This document shows, piece by piece, positions 16,868-23,475 of a stretch of 32,000 nt of DNA. Origin of the DNA: Burkholderiaceae bacterium (GTDB lineage Bacteria; Pseudomonadota; Gammaproteobacteria; Burkholderiales; Burkholderiaceae_C); NCBI GenBank assembly GCA_965234585.1, contig OZ248423.1, positions 1,073,884 through 1,105,883 of the forward strand. Direction: 5' to 3'. The position numbers and the translations under genes were made by a program. The notes beneath the pieces are model-generated. The model was not told where the DNA came from. It saw only the letters and a program-made list of their open reading frames with translations, and ran no database searches. Every line of letters begins with the position of its first letter. Position 1 is the first letter of the stretch.

Positions 16868-17683
16868 ATGGCAAAGGCCTTTGCTCACGTACCCGTACCT
16901 AAGTTCAGCGCAAATCACCTAGCACTCGCTGAAGTTTGTGCCATTGAGCTGTGGAATGGCTTCGACTACCAGACTGGCAAAGAGTTTGACGTAAGCGATG
17001 AAGACTTGCTTGTGATGTTTTCAACGCCTACGTTTGCGATGTACAAAAGTGCGAGAACAAGACAACAACTTACCGAGCTAGACATACGTGAACTGATACG
17101 TGTAGCAAGACTTAAAGCATTATTTCGCTCGGAACAGCCGACGGACTTTCAAGGCGCTATTGCTGCCTACAGAGCAACAGCATTAGCGACTTACACTGGA
17201 TTTAAGAAGAAGAGCTTGCCGCTAGCCAATCGCTACGACTACGCAACAAAGGCAACACTGGACTGGAGTGTTAAGTTCGTTAATAACTCAAGCGTATCGA
17301 TAAACGGAAATCACCGTGTTCCGCTAGCTTGTCGTATCTTGTTCTTTGCGATGCCAGATATGATGGTATTCAACTTTTCAAACGGCTTGGCAAAGAAAAT
17401 GCGTCTTCAGTCACGTCCGCAAGCTGCCATCCCTTACTTTAATAAACTACTTTCCGATGGATTACAGCTTAACAAAGCCTTGCTGAAGAACTTGGATATG
17501 CCTAAGCCGACAACACTAAGCGAAGATATATGGACGGCGGCGAATAAAGGCGGCTGGTGGCAGCGTCGTGTGCTTGACCTAGCTCTGCTACTTCACTTTG
17601 GACTAGTGACAGCAACACCGCAACTACAAACTAAAGGTAGGCAACTTGCGGCAAGATGGACAGCAAGAAAGAAGACGCCTTAA
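16868..17683 (+). CDS. Hypothetical protein (271 aa), no family recognised
   Basis: Starts 11 nt after the hns-like stop, so probably co-transcribed. Coding-like composition. Its stop overlaps the convergent recombinase stop in the palindrome TTAA (17680-17683). Confidence 0.6.
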   Translation: MAKAFAHVPVPKFSANHLALAEVCAIELWNGFDYQTGKEFDVSDEDLLVMFSTPTFAMYKSARTRQQLTELDIRELIRVARLKALFRSEQPTDFQGAIAAYRATALATYTGFKKKSLPLANRYDYATKATLDWSVKFVNNSSVSINGNHRVPLACRILFFAMPDMMVFNFSNGLAKKMRLQSRPQAAIPYFNKLLSDGLQLNKALLKNLDMPKPTTLSEDIWTAANKGGWWQRRVLDLALLLHFGLVTATPQLQTKGRQLAARWTARKKTP

Positions 17684-18255
17684 ACCAACTCAACAGCCTT
17701 ACGCTTCATTGCGTCATTGACGTCAATGTATGCTTGCGTGGTACTGATATTACGGTGTCCAGCTAGACTTTGTAACACCCTAACACTGACACCTTTGTCT
17801 GCTAAATTGGTGATAAAAGTTCGACGAGGACTGTGACTGGTTGCGCCTTCAATGCCGCAACTGCGGAACAAGTAATGGAAAAACTGGCAGAGCGTATTAG
17901 CTGTAAATCCGTCTGCGTCTTTCTTCTGTGTGTAAAACAGCTTGTTGGTGACAGCTTTGTAGGGGACAGCACGGACGTAAGCTTGTAGCTCTTTGCGTAG
18001 CTTGTCGCTGACAAACACTACCCTACCGTAGCGTCCTTTTGTCTGCTCTGCGTCCAAACGGATTTCACTACGTACAGCGCCCACTGCGTCGAGTATGTCC
18101 TCGTAACGCAATGCGGCGCACTCCCCTACACGCAAGCCTGCCAAATACATAGTCATAAGCATCGCTCTATTTCGGGCTGCGTGACGATGTGTAGCTACGT
18201 AGTCCAAAGCCCTACGTAGCTCTTGTGTTGTCAGTGTTTTTGTTTGCTTGGACAT
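17680..18255 (-). CDS. Small tyrosine recombinase (catalytic domain only, 191 aa)
   Basis: AAGGAGAG RBS before the ATG at 18255 (the track's 18345 start is a TTG). Catalytic signature present: GLRVGE (Arg), HSPRRTF (H-x-x-R), GHRNISTT (His), QAYIDV (Tyr). No N-terminal core-binding domain. Confidence 0.8.
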   Translation of the reverse strand: MSKQTKTLTTQELRRALDYVATHRHAARNRAMLMTMYLAGLRVGECAALRYEDILDAVGAVRSEIRLDAEQTKGRYGRVVFVSDKLRKELQAYVRAVPYKAVTNKLFYTQKKDADGFTANTLCQFFHYLFRSCGIEGATSHSPRRTFITNLADKGVSVRVLQSLAGHRNISTTQAYIDVNDAMKRKAVELV

Positions 18256-18390
18256 TAGTGCTCTCCTTAATGTAAGCTTTCCAATGTCTAAAGTGTATTT
18301 TCTTTGATTTGCTTTTCCTACCGATTTTGGCTGTACGTGCGTCAATGTTTTTTCCTCAATGATTTCAAGCGGTTACGCTATGTGATGCTT

Positions 18391-18424
18391 AAAACCAAAG
18401 CTTTTGTATATTAGCTTTGGTTTT
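18391..18424. repeat. Perfect 11-bp inverted repeat with 12-nt spacer
   Basis: AAAACCAAAGC (18391-18401), TTTTGTATATTA, GCTTTGGTTTT (18414-18424). Lies in the ORF-free region upstream of the small recombinase. Confidence 0.8.
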
Positions 18425-18756
18425 GTATTTATCGGTAAGCTGTGGCACTTGAGCAACGATTGACGCAGACTTGCGTACAAGTCCTACACGCTGTTTTTAG
18501 CTAGTCCAGCTACCCAAGCCTAGCCCAGCTCCTTTTAAGCTGTTAAAGCTTGCTGTAGCGTGTCTGTGCTCACCTCTAGTCTTCTGCTACTTCCCTACTC
18601 TGCTTGCTGTACTAGCTCACTGTGTCAGTGTTGTCTGTAATGTTTGACTGTTTCAGTGTTGTTGTTTGAGTGTTTGTGTTTTGTATAGACGTAGCAAAGC
18701 AATTAAAGCATTGCGCTTTAATGGAAAGTAGCAAAAGGCAAACTAGGCCAGTAATG

Positions 18757-19281
18757 CTATTTGACGTGCGTCCAAAGCACGTTGTCGCTGTGCTTAGCCG
18801 CTGTCTCTTTTGTTATGTACTCAAGCCAACCGCTATCCGCAATATCTTCCTTGTGCTGTTCATCTATGTGCTCAACGTACTTCTTTGCTTCGCAGACTAG
18901 CGCATCGAACTGATTAAACCTAACGTGCTTTGGCAGATTGCCAATCGCAAAGTGTAGGTGTAAGTGCTTTCCGCTACGCTCACCCTCAACGACTGGCAAG
19001 TACTTCAATGTCTTTCCGTGTCTTTTGGCTGCGTGTCCATACACAGCAATGTTCAGCTTCTGCTGAAAGCGTTGCGTAATGCGTTCGCAATCTTGCTTTG
19101 TAATCGCACGTCGAACAGTACCCTTCGGCGTTTCTTCGACGATGGTTTGCTTAAGTGTCAATGTCAAAGCCAGCGGAAAATCATTAGCCATACCGCATAT
19201 CCACGTGCGTGTAGCTGCCTTAACAGTAAGCAACGCATTTGGGTTGTAGGCAGTACGTCTGCGGATTTCTTCTAGCTTCAT
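18757..19281 (-). CDS. Hypothetical protein with HUH-endonuclease (rolling-circle Rep/relaxase)-like motifs
   Basis: 174 aa. Motif-I-like ALTLTL (nt 19153-19170), motif II HLHLHF (nt 18949-18966), motif-III-like EYITKE, i.e. Y-x-x-K (nt 18805-18822). Order and spacing are compatible with small HUH Reps. Assigned by motif only. Confidence 0.45.
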   Translation of the reverse strand: MKLEEIRRRTAYNPNALLTVKAATRTWICGMANDFPLALTLTLKQTIVEETPKGTVRRAITKQDCERITQRFQQKLNIAVYGHAAKRHGKTLKYLPVVEGERSGKHLHLHFAIGNLPKHVRFNQFDALVCEAKKYVEHIDEQHKEDIADSGWLEYITKETAAKHSDNVLWTHVK

Positions 19282-19387
19282 ATATCTATTTATCCGAAAT
19301 CAAAGGAAAGAAGAAATTTTTTGTCTGGTTGTCCTTAAGCTTTTCTGAAGCTACAGTACAAATTCCACTTTACGAAACGGAGTTTTT

Positions 19388-19828
19388 ATGAGCGCACTAG
19401 CCAAACTGAAGCTTGTCAATAGCAAGCGTAGCCGTACTGTTAGCCCTATCGTTCATCGTCGTAACAAGTTGGTTGCGAAGATTGCTGAACAGATTGAGCT
19501 GGCAACAGCACAGAAAGAAGGACGTTTGTACGCACCTAAAAAGCTTAAGACTGTTACTAACGCAGACACTTGCGAACGCCGTACTATTGAGACGACCAAG
19601 CGTGTTAAGGAATGGTTTTGGACTGCTGATAGCGGCAAGATTAACTTCAGCGTACGCTACGGCAGCAAGGTGATTGAGCTTGCTAAGGGAAAAAACGCCG
19701 TAGAAGTTGCGAATACAGACGAATTGATTGGCACGTTGTCGCTGATTAAGGAAGCGGTAACGGCTGGCGAACTCGACGAAGCAATCAACACAGCCAGCGA
19801 CAAGCTACGCTCTGGCTTTTCCAAATGA
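19388..19828 (+). CDS. Hypothetical protein (146 aa)
   Basis: GGAG RBS 6 nt before the ATG. Divergent from the HUH-like gene. Followed by a strong terminator. Confidence 0.6.
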   Translation: MSALAKLKLVNSKRSRTVSPIVHRRNKLVAKIAEQIELATAQKEGRLYAPKKLKTVTNADTCERRTIETTKRVKEWFWTADSGKINFSVRYGSKVIELAKGKNAVEVANTDELIGTLSLIKEAVTAGELDEAINTASDKLRSGFSK

Positions 19829-19836
19829 CAGCACAA

Positions 19837-19872
19837 GGGCTGGCTTAGCGTAAGTCAGCCCACTCTCTTTTT
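19837..19872 (+). terminator. Rho-independent terminator
   Basis: GGGCTGGCTTA-GCG-TAAGTCAGCCC forms an 11-bp stem with one G-U pair (19837-19861). It is followed by ACTCTCTTTTT. Confidence 0.65.
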
Positions 19873-19900
19873 CTCACTAAATAAAAGAAAAGGAGAAACT

Positions 19901-20278
19901 ATGAGGTTCTTTGAGTTTGCGGATGCGGAAGCACAGCTTGGACTTCTGCGTACGATTATTGACAACACTTGGGCAGCTATCGCTAAGCAAGCAGAGGAAC
20001 AGAAAAAGGCAGAAGCACAGCGTAAGGCTAACGCCAAGCTCAGGCCACGTAAGCGTAAGGAAAGTATGGGTAAGGCAATAAAAGTTCCTACCCCCAAGCC
20101 ACCCCCACCACCACCCGAGCCTAAAGTTGCCAACCCCCAGCACAAGCCGCAGCCTAACGCACAGCTACCCACAGCACAACAGAACCTAGCCCAGCCTTAC
20201 AACGGCGCTGTGTCTCGCCTCAATAATGCGTCTTTCGGCGCCAAATCGCACACTTCTGGCGCTGATATTGGCTTTTAA
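19901..20278 (+). CDS. Hypothetical proline-rich protein (125 aa)
   Basis: AAAGGAGAA RBS. Helical, charged N-terminal half, then a low-complexity tail (PTPKPPPPPPEPKVANPQHKPQPN). Confidence 0.55.
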   Translation: MRFFEFADAEAQLGLLRTIIDNTWAAIAKQAEEQKKAEAQRKANAKLRPRKRKESMGKAIKVPTPKPPPPPPEPKVANPQHKPQPNAQLPTAQQNLAQPYNGAVSRLNNASFGAKSHTSGADIGF

Positions 20279-20413
20279 AAAAATCTTGGTTGCGGTGACG
20301 ATAGGCATAGCAAAAATGGTATCTGTACCCTTTAATTTTTGTTGCGTAATTTTCAGCACTGAAGTACTTACGCTTTCAGCCTGGCCGTTTTTACTCACCA
20401 CCCCAACCTAACT

Positions 20414-21703
20414 TTACTTTGGAATCAGTAAGCCATCCTTATAGTAAAACTCTGGCATTGCGTTTTCAATCATCTTGCGCTCTGTTGTATGGTAGTAAGT
20501 CTTCTCAATCTGCGCTGTACTTGTGCCGCAAGTCTCTGCCACTTGCGTCGGCGTAGCGCCTCTGTTAATTCTGTCTGTAATAAAGTAATGTCGGAAGCTG
20601 TACGGCACTAAGTCCCTAGTGTCCGTTTCCTTAATCTCCGCCATCTCAACTATTTTGTCAAAGTTGTATTGGATAGCACGTGCGGTGATTGATGATGTAC
20701 CGTTTGTGCTAAAGATAAGCGTTTGAGCAAATGGGACAAAATCTTTCTTGCCTTTAGTTGCTTTGATGTATCTCGGCTGTAGCAACTTAAAAAGTTCGTC
20801 AAAGTACTCCCAATCCTTAACAACAAAGCGTCTTGTCTTCCTTACCTTTGTCGTTTCTGCTCTTACTGTAATCTTAACAAGGCTGTAGGTTTCGTCTTCC
20901 GCTTTGCCTTTTACATTCTTTTGCATCCACTCAATGTCACACCAGCGTAGCTGTAACTGTTCGCCTCTGCGTAGTCCAGTGAGTATAGAAATCAGCAAGT
21001 AGTAGGCTGTAACAGCTTTGGTTATGTTACCTTTTTCGTTAATCGCTGCCTTTGCGCTAGCGATGTACGCCTCAAGCTTAGTCTTAATATTTACGATTTC
21101 TTCGTCCGTAAAAGTGCTTCTGCGTAGTGCTTCGTCACCTCTGTCTATGCGCTTTAATGGCTTAAAGTCAAAGCTGTCGATATACGTTTCGTTTCGCTTG
21201 TACAACCACGCCATCATTGCGTTAATCGTACTCTGCTCGTTAGCTACAGTCGTTTGACTGACATTAAGGCTACGCTTTGTTTTCGTGCGACTATGGAGAT
21301 AGTTTTCGCAATCAGTACGTTCCATCTCCTTAAGCTTAGTGTCACGCCCAATGTAGTTGAGCCAGTGCTCCAAGTGCGTTTTAATTGTTCCGTAACGTCC
21401 TTTAACGATAAGCTCAGCCTCGACGTCCTTAGCCCTCTGCTTTAAGTATTCCTCTACGCCTTGCTTAGCTGTCTTTGAGAAGTAAGTCTTACCAGCCAAC
21501 TGTTGCGCCATCAGTTCGTGATAATGCTTCTTAGCTTTGTCTATCGCCGTATCTCTATTTCTCGTACGTAGGCTAAATCGTGCGTACTTATTTTCCTTAG
21601 CGAGCCACATACGCATCTGCCAATACTCACCCCTTCTATACACGACAGCTTCGTCGTAGATTGGGATTTCGTCGTCGTTGTATGACTGTTTTTTGAGAGG
21701 CAT
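20414..21703 (-). CDS. int: Tyrosine integrase (site-specific recombinase, guaA-adjacent)
   Basis: ORF 20414-21775 begins at a TTG inside the conserved arm repeat. The first ATG is at 21703 (429 aa), so the start is uncertain. Catalytic residues present: GLRRGE, YSFRHYF, and the Tyr in IEKTYYH. Confidence 0.85.
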   Translation of the reverse strand: MPLKKQSYNDDEIPIYDEAVVYRRGEYWQMRMWLAKENKYARFSLRTRNRDTAIDKAKKHYHELMAQQLAGKTYFSKTAKQGVEEYLKQRAKDVEAELIVKGRYGTIKTHLEHWLNYIGRDTKLKEMERTDCENYLHSRTKTKRSLNVSQTTVANEQSTINAMMAWLYKRNETYIDSFDFKPLKRIDRGDEALRRSTFTDEEIVNIKTKLEAYIASAKAAINEKGNITKAVTAYYLLISILTGLRRGEQLQLRWCDIEWMQKNVKGKAEDETYSLVKITVRAETTKVRKTRRFVVKDWEYFDELFKLLQPRYIKATKGKKDFVPFAQTLIFSTNGTSSITARAIQYNFDKIVEMAEIKETDTRDLVPYSFRHYFITDRINRGATPTQVAETCGTSTAQIEKTYYHTTERKMIENAMPEFYYKDGLLIPK

Positions 21704-21750
21704 ATGGCGCTTAGAGTGACTACGTTTTTGAACGGCTACAGCTTTGTGTA

Positions 21751-21864
21751 GCTTTACGTGTAACTTTAATGCCAACGCCCAACTAAATCAACAACTTAGT
21801 TGGGCGTGTGTCTGTTTTGTGTAACTGCAAATTCTATATAAATCAATAACTTAAGTTAGAATTT
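21751..21864. repeat. int-proximal arm of element 2 with repeated motifs
   Basis: Contains two units, each TGTAAC followed 20-26 nt later by AAATCAAYRRCTTAG-like sequence. Homologous to 13506-13618. Confidence 0.7.
21776..21806. other. Perfect 11-bp stem / 9-nt loop hairpin between int and the guaA stop
   Basis: CGCCCAACTAA-ATCAACAAC-TTAGTTGGGCG. Located 59 nt downstream of the guaA stop on the minus strand, so it may act as an island-supplied terminator or as a protein-binding site. Confidence 0.5.
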
Positions 21865-21882
21865 CTACTCCCACTCGATGGT
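21865..21882 (-). repeat. att copy C: genuine 3' end of guaA at the island junction
   Basis: CTACTCCCACTCGATGGT. Its reverse complement reads ACC ATC GAG TGG GAG TAG, which is T-I-E-W-E-stop. Shares the ACTCCCACT core with copies A and B. Confidence 0.85.
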
Positions 21883-23475
21883 CGCAGGGGGTTTTGAGCT
21901 CACGTCGTAGGTCACGCGGTTGATGCCGCGCACTTCGTTGATGATGCGCCCCGAGACTTTTTTGAGCAGCGCGTACGGCAGCTCGGCCCAGTCGGCGGTC
22001 ATGAAGTCGCTGGTCTGCACCGCACGCAAGGCCACCACGTAGTCGTAGGTGCGGCCGTCGCCCATCACGCCCACGCTCTTTACCGGCAAAAACACGGTGA
22101 AGGCCTGGCTGGTGAGGTCGTACCAAGTCTTGCCAGTATCGTCGGTGAAGTTGCGCAGCTCTTCTATGAAGATCGCGTCTGCACGGCGCAGCAGGTCGGC
22201 GTATTCTTTTTTGACTTCGCCCAAAATCCGCACGCCCAAACCGGGGCCTGGGAAGGGGTGGCGGTAGACCATCTCGCGGGGCAAGCCCAGCGCCACGCCC
22301 AGCTCGCGCACCTCGTCTTTAAACAGGTCACGCAAAGGCTCGAGCAACTTCAAGCCCAGCTGCTCGGGCAAGCCGCCCACGTTGTGGTGGCTCTTGATGG
22401 TGACGGCCTTTTTGCTTTTGGCTCCGCCCGACTCGATCACGTCGGGGTAAATCGTGCCTTGGGCCAAGAAGGTCGCGCCCTTGTGTCCTCCGCCACCAGC
22501 TTTGAGTTTGGCGGCCTGTTCTTTGAACACATCCACAAACAAGCCGCCGATGATTTTGCGTTTGGCTTCGGGCTCGCTCACACCGGCGAGCTTGCCCAAG
22601 AACAGATCGCTGACGTCCACGCGGATGACCTTAGCGTGCAGCTTGCCCTCGAACATCTCCATGACCATGTCGCCTTCGTTTAAGCGCAACAAGCCGTGGT
22701 CCACGAACACGCAGGTGAGTTGGTCGCCGATGGCGCGGTGGATCAGCGCGGCGGCCACGGACGAATCCACACCGCCGGACAAACCGAGGATGACTTCTTC
22801 GTCACCGACCTGTTCTCGGATCTTGGCCACGGCCTCTTCGATGTAGTCGCCCATGACCCAGTCTTGGCGGGCTTGGCAAATGTCGAGTACGAAGCGGTTG
22901 AGCAGCGCCTGGCCTTGCACGGTGTGCGTGACTTCGGGGTGGAACTGCACGGCGTAAAAGCGGCGGGCCTCGTCGGCCATACCGGCAATCGGGCAAGCCG
23001 GTGTGGAGGCCATGACTTTGAAGCCCTCGGGCATTTGGGTGACCTTGTCGCCGTGGCTCATCCACACCTTGAGCATGCCGTGGCCTTCGGCCGTGGCGAA
23101 GTCTTCGATGCCTTTGAGCAATTCGGTGTGGCCGTGCGCGCGCACCTCGGCGTAACCGAATTCGCGCGTGGTGCCCGCCTCGACCTTGCCGCCGAGTTGC
23201 TGCGCCATGGTCTGCATGCCGTAGCAAATACCCAGCACCGGCACGCCGAGCTCAAACACCGCGTCGGGCGCTTTGTCGTCCACCTCGTACACGCTGGCGT
23301 GGCTACCCGAGAGGATCACGCCCTTGAGCTGACCGTCGGCGGCGAACTCGCGCACCCAATCGCTGCTCACGTCGCAGGGGTGAACCTCACAATACACATG
23401 CGCCTCGCGCACGCGGCGGGCAATGAGTTGGGTGACTTGCGATCCGAAGTCGAGGATGAGGATCTTCTGGTGCAT
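21865..23475 (-). CDS. guaA: GMP synthase (glutamine-hydrolysing)
   Basis: 536 aa from the ATG at 23475 ([13 protein letters not shown]). GATase domain and ATP-PPase motif SGGVDSS. Universal C-terminus KPPATIEWE. Confidence 0.97.
   Translation of the reverse strand: MHQKILILDFGSQVTQLIARRVREAHVYCEVHPCDVSSDWVREFAADGQLKGVILSGSHASVYEVDDKAPDAVFELGVPVLGICYGMQTMAQQLGGKVEAGTTREFGYAEVRAHGHTELLKGIEDFATAEGHGMLKVWMSHGDKVTQMPEGFKVMASTPACPIAGMADEARRFYAVQFHPEVTHTVQGQALLNRFVLDICQARQDWVMGDYIEEAVAKIREQVGDEEVILGLSGGVDSSVAAALIHRAIGDQLTCVFVDHGLLRLNEGDMVMEMFEGKLHAKVIRVDVSDLFLGKLAGVSEPEAKRKIIGGLFVDVFKEQAAKLKAGGGGHKGATFLAQGTIYPDVIESGGAKSKKAVTIKSHHNVGGLPEQLGLKLLEPLRDLFKDEVRELGVALGLPREMVYRHPFPGPGLGVRILGEVKKEYADLLRRADAIFIEELRNFTDDTGKTWYDLTSQAFTVFLPVKSVGVMGDGRTYDYVVALRAVQTSDFMTADWAELPYALLKKVSGRIINEVRGINRVTYDVSSKPPATIEWE

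Larger units (their letters stand above)
13637..21864. mobile_element. Element 2: guaA-3'-end-targeting integrative element (about 8.2 kb) with tyrosine integrase
   Basis: Low G+C (sampled lines 33-45%) against 60-72% in the flanks. Integrase sits adjacent to guaA. Flanked by att copies B and C. Repeated arm motifs occur at both ends. Confidence 0.8.

Noticed and set aside
16590-16918. Minus-strand ORFs of 94 and 101 aa, and the 92-aa TTG-extended version of the hns-like ORF
   Set aside because: The minus-strand ORFs are antisense to the RBS-supported hns-like gene and have Leu/Ser/Cys-rich translations. The TTG extension would begin inside the likely promoter and has no RBS.
18670-18900. 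76-aa plus-strand ORF at the 3' end of the HUH-like gene, and the 103-aa ORF at 18964-19275(+)
   Set aside because: Both are antisense to a better-supported coding frame. Neither has an RBS, and their composition is hydrophobic and low-complexity.
19855-20172. 105-aa and 88-aa minus-strand ORFs opposite the proline-rich gene
   Set aside because: These are Gly/Leu-rich mirror translations of the Pro/Lys-rich plus-strand gene, which has a strong RBS. They are rejected as shadows.
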